DNA of 64,000 nucleotides from Octopus sinensis (Eukaryota), in NCBI RefSeq assembly GCF_006345805.1, contig NC_043020.1, positions 21,886,001 through 21,950,000 on the forward strand, read 5' to 3'. Below, one piece after another: positions 40,421-53,091 of the stretch (position 1 is its first letter; each line of letters begins with the position of its first letter). The position numbers and the translations under genes are program-made. The notes under the pieces are model-generated. The model saw nothing but the letters and a program-made list of their open reading frames with translations. It was not told where the DNA came from and searched no databases.

Positions 40421-40639
40421 ACAAATCATTTATATGTAGTTATGTGTTTCATCTTAGCGTACAATCAATTATAATATCACTTATCCCAAGTCCTCCCGTG
40501 TCCAACTCTTCCCTATACATGTCCCGACTTTCCCCACCCCCTGGGAGGGTTGGGTCAAGCCACAACCTTTTAAAAAGCATGCTTTTGTTTCGGTTTACAC
40601 CCATTTGAAACTATATACCTGCGTTACAAGTCTATGAAT

Positions 40640-42420
40640 GTGTAGAGCGACCGTACGTAAAGGAGATGGTGACGAAATGTCTCCTTTCAAACGCCGTACT
40701 GTTGCCTACAAAAGAAGCCAAAATACACGGAATAAAAAAATACCAGTGCCAAGAAAGAATAAGGAGAAAACACAACCGTATAAGGTAAGAGAGAAAAGAC
40801 TTTATTTAGAAATGTATTCGTGAAGAGCAGAGTGTTTGTCTATGATGGTAAAGGTGTTGGTGTCGTCGCTGGCTGTGCTCTGTGGTCAGTGGTGAGAACC
40901 AAACACCGTCTGTCGCTCTCAGCAGCAGGAAGCAAAAAAAAAAAAGATTAGCAGTAAAAGCTAGCTGCTGCTGATTACTGCACATGAGCATAAGGGACTT
41001 CCGGCAGGCCTTCCGGAAGACACTAATCCTTGCACATGCGCAGATGAACATCCCAAAATGGCGTACGACGTTATTTGTACTGCATATCTCAGAGAGAGCG
41101 GATGCATTCCACCAACGCTACAGGGCCCCGCTTCAGACGTTTTGTTGAAGACAAAACGACGATAATAAAAAAATGGACATAACTGTAGCGAAAGGTAAAA
41201 TTAGAACGGTTAATCAATTAAACTGGCACTGGCTCACCATTTTGTAGACATTCGAATGAACGTAAGACTGGCTGAGTATAATATCGGCTGCATGTTAGAA
41301 AACGAGGGGTTATGACTTGTAGAGCGACCGTACCTAAAGGGGATGGTGACGAAATGTCTCCTTTTAAACGCCGTACGGTTGCCTACAAAAGAAACCAAAA
41401 TACATGGAATAAAAGAATACCAGTGCAAGAAAGAATAAGGAGAAAAACACAACCGTATAATGTATAAGAGAAAAGACTTTATTTAGAGATGTGTTCGTGA
41501 GGAGCAGAGTGTCTGTCTATGAGTGCGACAACAGTGTGTGTCTGTGTGTGCGTCACAAGTGTGTGTATGTGTGCTAGCAGAGTGTGTCCGTGTGAGCGAT
41601 ATAAGTGTGTACATAATAAGACAGGCCGTCAAACTTACAATGTGTGCGTACAAAATAAGGTGTAGGTGTGTGAGATAATACAGAGCATAGAAAGAGTCTA
41701 TAACAGGACACTGGATGAATGTTCAGACAAGATGTTGATAAATACCAGTTCGGCGTAAGACATACCATAGTTAGTTCTGCAACAGAGAGGTTCGTGACAA
41801 AGTGGAGAGCCGGTTGAAACTCATGTCGAGTAAGCGGTTGAGGCTTCAATCCTATGCTGTGTTACTTTGGTACAGAATTTTCTCGTAGGTAGACTGGAGC
41901 TGTTAACCTTGGTGAATATTCACAACAGCGTGAAGTTAAACCTGGAACGATGTTAATGTTGGTGTGTACTTATTGGTGTTGGTGGAGACGACGTGAAGTT
42001 GAAGGGCGACGATAAGCTTAAGGCGACAATGGAGAAAAGTCCTGTGATGTTGCATGTTGGTGTTGGTATACGTAGACATGTTGGTGAAGTCGATAAGCTT
42101 AAGGCGACGGTGATGGTAAAGGTGTTGGTGTCGTCGCTAGCTGTCGCAGGAACATGGCTGTCTCTCTCGAACTGGCTGGTCTGTCGCTGGATGCTCCGTG
42201 GTCCATGGCCGAGGACTAAAGACCGTATGTCGCTCTCGGCAGCAGGAATAGCGGCAAAGGCTAGCTGCTGCTGATTCCTGCGCATGCGCATAAGGGACTT
42301 CCGGCAGGCCTACCGGAAGACACTAATCCTTGCACATGCGCAGATGAACATCCCAAAATGGCGTACGACATCATTTGTACTGCATATCTCAGAGAGAGAG
42401 AGAGAGAGAGCGGATGCATT
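40640..42420. repeat. Fragmented repeat with internal direct duplications; 41500-42250 belongs to a family also at about 21100-21700, 53290-53810 and 54380-54950
   Basis: 40640-40830 resembles 41320-41520; 40950-41100 resembles 42260-42420. Confidence 0.65.
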
Positions 42421-42527
42421 CCACCGATGCTACAAATGTTACAAGTTGGTAAAGAATCCTTTCTTATGCACAGAGAGTCTGTATCATATTGAAATGTAAA
42501 AAATGACCCAGCTCTCCCAAGCTTCCC

Positions 42528-42770
42528 TAAATGTAAGGATAAACAAGTTAGGCAAGTCGATATACAAAGAAGATTAAATACATTTAATACAAAATATGCA
42601 CATATGTTTACATAGAAAAAGGCCCGACTTACACAGAATAGACATGATATCAAGAATTAGTCTACTCTGTGTAAGTCAGACATTTTCTATGTAAGCATAC
42701 ATATTTTGTATTAAGTGTATTTAATACTCTTTGTATATCGACTTGTCTAACTTGCTTATCCTTACATTTA
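42528..42770. mobile_element. Hairpin MITE-like element, about 113-bp imperfect arms
   Basis: taaatgtaaggataaacaagttaggcaagtcgatatac / gtatatcgacttgtctaacttgcttatccttacattta. Confidence 0.7.
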
Positions 42771-42802
42771 CTCCTATACACACATACGCGCACGCACGCA
42801 CG

Positions 42803-42870
<68 letters not shown>

Positions 42871-43177
42871 AACACACAAACACACACACACACACGCGCG
42901 CATGCACACATAACCTGGAACCCTTATAAAAGGTACACGAACACACACACACACACAAATGATGCACAGAGAAATATGTCATAGAAACAATTATGTCTGA
43001 ATAAAATATGACGGGTTGGTCATGGCTAGAATGCTTTGATCATAACTCTGCATGGTAAGAGGTGAACTGGGGTCTAAACAGCAGTAACTAAAGCTTTATA
43101 CGTCTTGCAGCAAACATTTTCCCTTTTTCTTGTTTTCTTCTTTTGTCGATTGCTCTTGATAATACCCCAAGGACACA

Positions 43178-43694
43178 TCTATATATATAAAACTGTAGTT
43201 GTGTGAGTGTCTGTCCCCTTCGATTTAGATTCCTAACTCCTCCCACATTTTGCGGTGCAGTTTAACCAAATTCGGGTATCTTATAGTCGTGATTAATATC
43301 GAGCTCGTCTGGCTATTAGCGCGCGTCTACGATGAGTCTACGATTTTAAAAATAATTTAACATCATTTTTTATTCCATTTTAATGCATAATTTTTCGTGT
43401 GTCGATGGCGGCGGAGTTGGCGTCCACGCTCAAACACCTGCACCTGTGTTTGCTTCTCCCCCTTCTTCCCTCCCTCTTGAAGCTGTGGGGAAGGGAGTTT
43501 AAGGAAATCAACGTTGTAATGCGTTGTCAAGGAGACCAGCGTTCTTTTAGAACAACGACTTCATGGCTTGAAGACACCAAAACAGAAATGGCTAAGAAAG
43601 CCCGAATTGGCATCTATAAGGGAAGTAACTCTCTAAAAATGCTTATATAGTTATTTCCCTTACAAACCCGAGCAACGCCGGGCGATACTGCTAG
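43178..43694 (+). mobile_element. Helitron family A, complete
   Basis: A|TCTATATATATAAAAC...hairpin CTAG|T. Confidence 0.87.
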
Positions 43695-43699
43695 TGTAT

Positions 43700-44530
43700 T
43701 ATAATTAGTAGTGGAGGGAGTGGTGGTGGTAGTGGTCGCGGTAGGTGGTGGTGATGGCGGGAGTAGTGCTGGTGGTGATGATAGTAGTGATGGTTTGTGG
43801 TTGTGGTAGTGGTGGTGGTGTGATGGTGGTAGTGTTCAATATGGTCATGATGATAGTGATGGTGGTGGTGTTGGTGTTGGTGGTGGTGGTGGTGGTGGAG
43901 TGATTATGTGGATAAGGTGACGCGGGAGGAAGAAGAGGAGGAGATGGCGGAGGAAGAGGGGCGGTGAGGAGGAGGAGGTGGAAGAGGAGGAGGTGAGAGG
44001 CTTGCAAACACAGAACGTTAAGCTATATCCATGTAAAAATTTTCTTTCACCTGAACAACAATTGGTAAAGGGATGAAGATATGAAAACAAAAGCAAATGA
44101 ATGCAGCATTATAATAGTGCATCTATCACCACCAACTTTACCATTACCACCACCACCAAGATCACCACCATCATCATCACCAACACCACTACCACCTTCA
44201 CTACAATCACCATCACTACGAACGCCACTAGTGCCACCGCCACCACCACCACCATCAGCAAGCATTACTACCACCACAATCACAATCATAACCATCATCA
44301 TTACCGCCACCAACACATCCACCACCATCACCATAAGATCCATAATTACAAACATCATCACCGATTATTATCATTACCACCGACACTGTCATCATTGTCG
44401 TCATCTTAGCCATCATGATCAGAATCATCGAGATTATGAAGGTCATCAACATTAACGGCAGTTCTAGCAACGATAAAAACAACAATAGCAGTCGCAACAA
44501 CAATGGCAACAGCAATAGGCCAATTAATGA
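43700..44530. repeat. Low-complexity trinucleotide tracts (GGT, GAG, CAC, CAT, AAC)
   Basis: Degenerate triplet repeats on both strands. Confidence 0.9.
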
Positions 44531-44639
44531 GCGGCACCACTTCAAGTCGATGAGATTTATGTTAGAGGAGCAGCTTAATGACCGTCATTGTACTACTCTG
44601 CATCATGACCGACAGCAAACACAATGGAGTACTAGTTCA

Positions 44640-45790
44640 GATTACTGAGAACCAGACAACGAGATGTCGATGAGCGAACTCGTCGCTCAAGCCCGTGTGT
44701 CGACGTCAAAACACCGTGCGGAATGCAGTGACAATGGCAGCTATGGAAGCTCACGGCGTCATGCGACGATCGACGAAGAGTGAGGAGAGAAAAGTCACAG
44801 TGGAGCGGCCGCGACTGTTTATGGACCGGTATTTTAAGTGCTAGGGACCGTACATGGCAAGGGACTGCAAGGAGTCGAAGCTCAGACCCATTTTGCTACC
44901 GGTGCAAGCAGACAGAACATATAGCTAGAAACTACAGCCAGGGAAAAAAACCACGGTTGAAGTTGCTACCTCTCAAACTTCCCTCGTGAGCAAGTAGAGG
45001 CTCTCGTACAGTTGCTGCCTATAGTTGAAATCTTGATTGGAGGAAAGGCGTTCAAAGCCCTCGTGGATACAGATTGTACAACGTCTCATGTGACCCCAAA
45101 GGTGATTAAAAAGTGGAAAGAGACGAGTAGTGTTAGGGCGGTCGACAGCAGCCAAATTAGAAATAAGGGTAGCAGTGAAGTGGAGATGGTGGTACGGGGC
45201 ACAACACTAAGGCTGCGAGTAATTTTCATCGACCATGTGGAGATCAACCGCCTAGGAGGTGTCATTGTTAGTGAAGACATGGTTTCATTTGGTGGTGCAG
45301 GAGCATCATGCGCTGTGCGTCTGCAACAAGAGAGTGGGAAGAGCCTCGGGTAGAATTGTTCTGCTTATACCATTGATGATAAAGATTTTCAGGTGGTGTT
45401 CGACGGTCAGTGGTGGAAGGTTGAGTGGCGCTGAAAAGGAGAGCCCGGCCCCCGACGCTGAGGAACAAGTAAAGCTGTTATCAGCATAACTTGAAAGGAG
45501 CGAGTTTGGAGGAGAGGTGGAGATGGATCAAGGAGGGTATTCTAATTCCGTGGAAGGAGAAAGTGAAGAGCAGTGTGCTACCGCTAACGGCAGTGGTGCA
45601 GCCAGCGAAAGGCAAGGTCTGACGGGGTGGCTTCGAAGAGACGAGCGGACGGGGCAAGCTGGGAAGATAGAGTGAGGGAGAAGATGGTGGAGATGACGCA
45701 AGAGATCCTAGAGAGGGTAAGAGTAGAAGACCCAGTAAGAAGAAGCTGGCATGTGCCCAAAGTGGAGAACGGGACGATATTGTGCGTTCG
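44640..45790 (+). mobile_element. Decayed Gypsy-type LTR retrotransposon gag-pro-RT fragment
   Basis: CYRCKQTEHIARNY zinc knuckle; FKALVDTDCTTS protease; LPLTAVVQPAKGKV at the RT start. Confidence 0.75.
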
Positions 45791-47214
45791 CGGTTTACTA
45801 TGAGCAGAATCGTATGATGAAAACCTTTTGAAAAATATTCTTTTCTACTCCAGGCACAAGACTCGAAATCTGGGGGAGGAGCCCAGTCGATTAGATCGAC
45901 CCCAGTACACAACTGGTACTTAATTTATCGACCACAAAAGAATGAAAGGCAAAGTCGACCTCGGCGGAATTTGAACTCAGAACATAAAGACATACGACAT
46001 ACGACAGACGAAATGCCTATTTCTTTACTACCCACAAGGGGCTAAACACAGAGAGGATAAACAAGGACAGATAAACGGATTAAGTCGATTATATCGACCC
46101 CAGTGCATAACTGGTACTTATTTAATCGACCCTGAAAAGATGAAAGGCAAAGTCGATCTCGGCAGAATTTGAACTTAGAACATAGCGGCAGACGAAATAC
46201 CGCTAAACATTTCGCCCGGCGTGCTAACGTTTCTGCCAGCTCGCCGCCTATAGTGAAAAAATATTATCTACTTTAGGCACAAGGCCCGAAAGTTTTGGGG
46301 GCGGTGGCCAGTCGATTAGATCTACCCCAGTGCGTAACTGGTACTTATTTAATCGACCACGAAAGGATGAAAGGCAAAGTCGACCTCGGCGGAATTTGAA
46401 CTCAGAACGTAAAGACAGACGAAATGCCTATTTCTTTACTACCCACAAGGGGCTAGACACAGAGAGGACAAACAAGGACAGACAAAAGGATTAAGTCGAT
46501 TATGTCGACCCCAGTGCGTAACTGGGTGTTTAATTTATCGACCTCGAAAGGATGAAAGGCAAAGTCGACCTCGGCGGAATTTGAACTCAGAACGTAGCGG
46601 CAGACGAAATACTGCTAAGCATTTCACCTGGCGTACTAACGTTTCTGCCAGCTCGCCGCCAATTGCGAAAAAAATATTAACTACAATTGGTTGTGTGGCT
46701 TTAAGTGACGAAAAAAGATGATCATTTTAAGAAATCAAAATATTTTGGTCTTTTTAAGCGAAAAATATTATTTGGACTCAAATGAAAGAGTTCATTGAGA
46801 TGAATATTTTGGAGAAAACTCCATCTAAAATATTAAGCATTAAGAAATTATGATTCTTGCGATTTCAAATTAATTTTATCATTCTGTTTATGCACTAAAA
46901 TATGTATATATTAAAATAATTTTGAAATGAAAATTCCATTAAAATAATTAATTAGTAATCATATGATTAGAATATGACATTATTTTATAATAAAATTTGT
47001 TTGACAAATATTTGTAACTGATATGCCGTTATTCATCTTTCGTTATTTTTATGGCAAACAAAATTTCTAAGTTTGAACAAAATCTGTATTTAGAAATATT
47101 TACAATAGTATCATTTTTTTCAATTATAAAGGTAAATATGATTAATTAATAATAGAAGCATAAAAGAAATGAATTTGCATGGGGGATAAAGTGGTTAAAA
47201 CGAATATTCAGTAA

Positions 47215-47890
47215 GATACGTGGTACATTAAAAAAAGTCCGACTTTATTTTTACCGCCAAAACTAATACCGTGTGGGTAAAATCCTTTGGTGGGAAATGA
47301 CGCCATCCTTTCTGCACATGCAGGAAATTCTCGGGTATAGACCGCGTCATTTCCCGGCGTAAGCCTAGAGTACAGACGTCTAGTGCACGCTCGTCGGGTT
47401 TTCGTTTTCACGCAAGTTGATTGAACGCGACAAGCTTGGTGATATTCATGTTCAAACCATCCAGAAGACTCAGCAGGCCTTTGGTGATGATGCCATGGGC
47501 AAAACTCAGATGAAGGAGTGGTACAACTGCTTCAAAATGGCCGCGTCGTCTACAAGCCGAAACGAGGAGCCGGCTAAGGTTCGGTGAATAGTCATGGAAG
47601 ATCGTCTTGTAACAATCTAGGAAATTGCTCACAAAGTGGGAATAAGCACGGGGTCAGTGCATTCCATTTTAATGGAGGATTTGTGCAATGAGATTCGTGA
47701 TGTTGTGCGTCGAAAGCGGCTGGATATGTGGGCGGGGAAGAATTGGCAATTTCACCATGATAATGCGCCCGCTCATTCCGCCCGCATAATCCAAGCTTCC
47801 CTGGACAAGAACAACACCTCACTTGTTCGACAGACTCTCTACTCACCCGACTTTGTAGCGTGTAACATCTGGCTCTTTCCCAAACTTACT
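47215..47890 (+). mobile_element. Internally deleted mariner element
   Basis: WQFHHDNAPAHSA..TLYSPDFVACNIWLFPKL; HTH remnant upstream. Confidence 0.85.
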
Positions 47891-48528
47891 GGTGCTACTA
47901 TTCCAGGTCCACTCCTACCTGGAATAGTTGCATCTGTGAGAGAACCAGCTATGAGTTAACTAGCAAATGTGATGGCAATCCATCTGAGTGTGGGACACAA
48001 AAATACCTTTGGTTGGTGCCAGAGCATGCAGTAAAATAACTGGGAGTGAGGGATCCTTAGCTGTTGTTACAACATACTTCTAGGAATGGGACACTGATTT
48101 AAAACTAGCTTTTTACTGTCATTTCGCTTCAGCCTGTCTCTAGGCACTAATCACGGAGATTCAGAGATTGGCACACATGTTATACAAGTATTTATCAAGA
48201 AAATCCAACGATGTACAATTGCTTTTTCATGGTGACCTCATATGTCATTCCATTTTTTGAAAGTCTTGTAGAATTGGAAGAGTGACGACGTGTGCAAATC
48301 TAACCAGTTGGAAGTGCACAGTAATTTACAACTTTTGTATCACTAATGCTTCAAACCATTGAGATCTGTAACGATTAGTCACCTGAGAGGTCATGAGCAG
48401 AAAGTCAGAACTGCTATTAACAATGGGGTAGCATAAGGAGACGGCTGTCATCTGTAAAGCTGGAGAAATCACCTTACACGCACATACGCACACGCACGTA
48501 CACACACACACGCACGCACGCACGCACA

Positions 48529-48585
<57 letters not shown>

Positions 48586-50439
48586 TTTTATTTGAAAGGA
48601 AATATTTTTCCTTATCTCATCGTGATAAGATCTTTTGTTGACAGTTTACTTTATGAATACCTTCTGTCTCTCCCGGGTATTTACTCATGGCATGTAACCG
48701 AGGCTAACCTATCTGTTATTGTTAATTTTTGTTATTGTTCTCATTCTAAAAACCGAATAACCTTGATATGTTTCATTTACATTACTAGTTTTCGAGATCA
48801 AATTCTGTTAGTGATAACGTTTTTTCTTATGCTTCCGAACATGGTATGGTGTAATTTGAATGAAATTTGGCTACTAATTTTGGCATGATGATGAATAAGT
48901 AAAAACGTACTCCACGCATGATGTACAATATATGGTTTATTTAACCGTAACTTCATTCTCGTGACTCAATTTTCACATCATACTAATCACTGTGACGTGA
49001 AATTTTATACGAGTGGGAACATAAAGGCTCCCTCCTTGATTCGTTGTTGTGCTATTTAGACCTGGACCAGCCTCAGTTGAGTAGAACTGTGATCGAATTT
49101 TTCTGCTCTGGCCATCCTATCATATTATATTCTAGGAATTGCATTATCCAATGTGGCCTCTCCGACGATTTTTTTTTTCTAGAACAGTATAATGAGTTTA
49201 GGGAGATTTGTTAGCCTCTGCGTGATCGATCGTTGGCCGTTTGCTATGATGAGCAAAGTGTTGGTATTAGTAATAAAAGGGATTGGGGGTGGGGAGTTGA
49301 GATTGTGTTTGAATTAATGTCTTCGATAGAGAGCTTTTGTTGGGTTTTAGCTGAACAGGTCGACCCCATTACTTTTCAGTTTTCATTTCTATCTACCAAA
49401 TATACTGAGAAGGCATTGGTAGGACCGGGACTATAGTAGAAGACATTTGCTCAAGGTGCTTCAGTAGGACTGAACCTGAAACACGTGGTTGCAAAGCGAG
49501 TTTTTTAACCACTCAAACTGCACCTATTATATCAGTGTTTCCATTAGGTTAATGTTTCTTACCCCAGCCTTCGCTTCGTTTCTCTCACTCCTCCACATCA
49601 TATTCCGCACACAACCAAAGCCAAATTTCACGAAAAGAAAAAAAAACACAATACGTAATAAATATTCTTCCAAAATACAAAAAATAACAATAACAAAAAG
49701 AACATATAAAGCCAAAAATGTTTAACCCAGAAATTGTTGAAGTGGAACATGGAACATACACACTGAAACTCTCTCTCACACATACAAATGTTCTCATCGC
49801 CCACACATTTCTTTATGGATGTTACCTCAGCCACCACCCTGGAATGTTAAAAATGGCTTTACTTTGCAGAGCTATCTATGAATTTCACGATCATTTAAAG
49901 TGAAAAAAAGCAACTATTTGCAAATACTTCGGGTGAAACAAAAGCGACATTTTTATATTCACACCTGCCTGTCTGTTTTTCTCAGTCTTCCAGTCTTTCT
50001 ATCTTTCTGTATTACTTTCTCATTCACGTTCTCTCTCTCTATCTTTAACCACCACCGATCTGTTTGAATATGTAGCAACCAAATCTCCCTCCCTCTATGT
50101 AATTTACACACGATCAAACAGATGTTTCGAAACATTTCTGCTAAATCTGCTAATTAACACGAAACACGAAAATAAATACGAAATAATAAACGAAATAATA
50201 AACACGAAAATATATTTGTCTTTTAATTTTATTTTTAACCTTTCTCACCGCTAAAGAGCCGGTTTCCAAACCACAAAACTCTTTCACTGGAATTAAAACA
50301 TCAATTGGATAACTATGTATGTATGTATGTATGTATGTATGTATGTATGTATGTATGTATGTATGTATGTATGTATGTATGCATGTTTGTATGTATGCAT
50401 GTTTGTATGTATACATGTATGTATGTATGCATGTTTCTT

Positions 50440-52150
50440 TCATTCAATCTTTCCATCCAGCCCTCCACTTCACTTCCACTATCTCCAACACTCTGTCTCC
50501 TTCCTCGACATTTCGGTTAGCATTCTTCACTCCACTCTTACCACCTCCATTCACTACAAACACACAGACTCACACTCATACCTCAACTTCTCTCCCTCCC
50601 ACCCAGAACACACCAAGCTTTCCATCCCCTATTCCCAATTCCTCCGTCTACGTAGGATCTGTAGTAACGACCATGACTTTGAGACTCAGTCTCAACGTAT
50701 GGCTCACCACTTCATCCTACGTGGATACCCCCTCACCACTATCCACACCGCCCTTGCCAGAGCACGTTCCGTGGACCGTGTATCTGCTCTCTCTCCCCGA
50801 ACCCGCCCTGTAGTCTCCCGCCTCCCTTTTCCCCTCACTTACCACCCCACGACCCTACCTCTCCAACGCACCATTCTTCGAGCTTTCCGTCATCTCCAGT
50901 CCGACCCGTCCACTTCACACCCCTTCCCTAACCGACCCCTCCCCTCTTTCAAACGAGCCCATAACCTTCGAGACCTTTTGGTCCATAGCTCCTTCCCTGA
51001 CCCTACCTCCCAACCTGGCTCGTTCCCCTGCTCCCGCCCACGTTGCCGCACTTGCCCTTACCTCTCCAACACCACCCTCCTCACTGACACCCATCATCGA
51101 CCCTATCGCATCATCAACTCCTTCACCTGCACCTCCAGCAATATTATCTATTGCGTCTCTTGCTCTCTCTGCCATTCCCTGTACATCGGACAAACGGGAC
51201 GCCGCTTGGCTGACCAGTTCGCGGAACATCTTCGTGACATCCGCCTTGCGAACGACACACCGGTCTCACGCCATTTCCGCTCCACCGGTCACTCCTTGCA
51301 ACACCTGTCTGTGTTCGGTTTGTCCTTACACAGAGGCCATCCGGATTCCCGTTTGCGCCGTGAACAGGAATTAATCTTCTCTCTTCGCTCTTATACGCCA
51401 TTTGGTCTCAACTCTCCCCCCTCCTCATCTAACCCCCCTCTCCCCCTCCTCATCTAACCTCCCCCCGACCCCTACTTCTCTTCAGTCCTTCATCCTTTCA
51501 CCCCTACTCCTCTTCCTTTCTTCCCTCTTTCTCACTCCCTCCTTCTCTCTTCCCCTTCCCTCTTTCTCTCTGCTCCCTCACTCCCCTTCTCTCTCTCTCC
51601 CCTCTCCCTCTATCCTCCCTCCTCCTCTCCCCTCCTCTTCTCCTCTCCTTCCTTCTCCCCCTTCTCTCCCCTCCTCTTCTCCTCTCCTTCCTTCTGCCCC
51701 TTCCCCTCCCCCCTCTTCACTCATCTCCTCTCTCTACACTACACCATACGACTTTACACATCACATCATATATACATATACACGTCCAGACCTCTCATAC
51801 GCACTAATACTCTCTCATACACACACACTCTTATGTTGGAGCGAGGTCATTCAACCCTATTATCTCCCCTAATTTCGCTCTTGCGTCTCACGTTTGATCT
51901 TTGACTTCTGGCCGAAATCAGATCGTCATGTTGATTCGCTAGCCTCTGCACGCATATTTTTTTCTCTCCTTCTTTCTGTGTTTTTTCTCTGTGTATCTTT
52001 CTGTTGAAGAGCGTAGGCTCGAAACGTTAAAGACTTGTCTTATTTATATTTCCTGAGCGCCATACTAATACAATTGTTTGTTTGTATTCCACCTGCCTTC
52101 GTCTTTTGTTTATTTCCGTAAACCTGCCTTCGTCTTTTGTCTATTTTCAT
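50440..52150 (+). mobile_element. 5'-truncated Penelope-like element (RT thumb plus GIY-YIG plus pLTR), between (TATG)n runs
   Basis: SFLDI..YKHTDSHSYL..SHP..KLSIPYSQFLRLRRICS; PCSRPRCRTC; NIIYCVSCSLCHSLYIGQTGRRL..EH. Confidence 0.9.
51996..52033 (+). ncRNA. Minimal variant hammerhead-like motif in the pLTR
   Basis: TCTTT CTGTTGA A GAGC-GTAG-GCTC GAAAC GTT AAAGA; non-canonical core. Confidence 0.6.
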
Positions 52151-53091
52151 AAAGCTTCCCGTTATATATGTATGTGTTCATGTATGTATGTATGTATGTA
52201 TGTATGTATGTATGTATGTATGTATGTATGTATGTATGTATGTATGTACGTATTAGTGACGACTCCGGCGCTCGGGCTATTCAGGCTTAGCCCGAGTAAT
52301 AAATTTAGTAAAGTGAACGTGTATTTGCAGGGCTGATTTAAATTCTATCAACACTGACATCAAGTATGTAAATTCAGCCAATAACTCGGGCTCTTTTTAT
52401 TGAGCCTGGTCGCAGTTCATTTATTTTCCTTCAGTGTCTGGCGGTCGTCTTAGAGCTGCCCTGTATTAAAAAAAATATCATTCGTAGCAGACATTCTATC
52501 AACATCATTCATACGCGCCTAACTCGGGCTCAGAAGTTACAGCCCGAGTTGTTATCTATGATCGTCTTCAAACAATAAATTTCTATAGGGATTAGGATTT
52601 AAATTCCAATCTATGAAATGTTTCCGTTCTAAAATATTCTTAAAGGAACGAAAAATTACCCAGCAACTCAGGTTAATATGAACGAGCCTGGTAGGTATCT
52701 CTTATCAAGAGTACAGGCGATAATCAGATCGCTAGTGTTTGTTGTGCACTCCTCTGACGTTATTTGATTGCTGTTATTCTGTGCATCTGTGAGTAAAGAT
52801 CAGTTGTGTTTTGCAGGATTGTTTTATTTTTACCCTTAATTTAGTGCTAGATAGAAAGGAAAAGTCATTTGGGGCAATAAATAAAGCGGGAAAATGTGAA
52901 ATTCTTCGAGTGTCTTATGCGAAATCTGTGATGAGCCCGAGTGACGAAATCTGTAATGAACCCGAGTGACGCTGATGACCCGGAGTCACCTCTGGTATCC
53001 ATGCATGTATATATGTATGCATGTATGTATGTATGTTCAGAGAAGCTGGCGTTTATAGCGGTACATAAGTTTTCTTCTATCCTAATACCTT

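Noticed and set aside
43705-44648. His/Thr/Pro-rich ORFs resembling mucins or His-rich proteins
   Set aside because: Degenerate trinucleotide tracts open in several frames on both strands; no splice or domain evidence
48120-48470. Possible host exon in non-repetitive sequence
   Set aside because: Candidate AG/GT pairs exist but the frames are short or stop-interrupted and no domain was recognised; would need RNA-seq
50100-50140. Palindrome cagatgtttcgaaacatttctg as a hammerhead
   Set aside because: GAAAC is present but there is no CUGANGA strand or stem II on either strand
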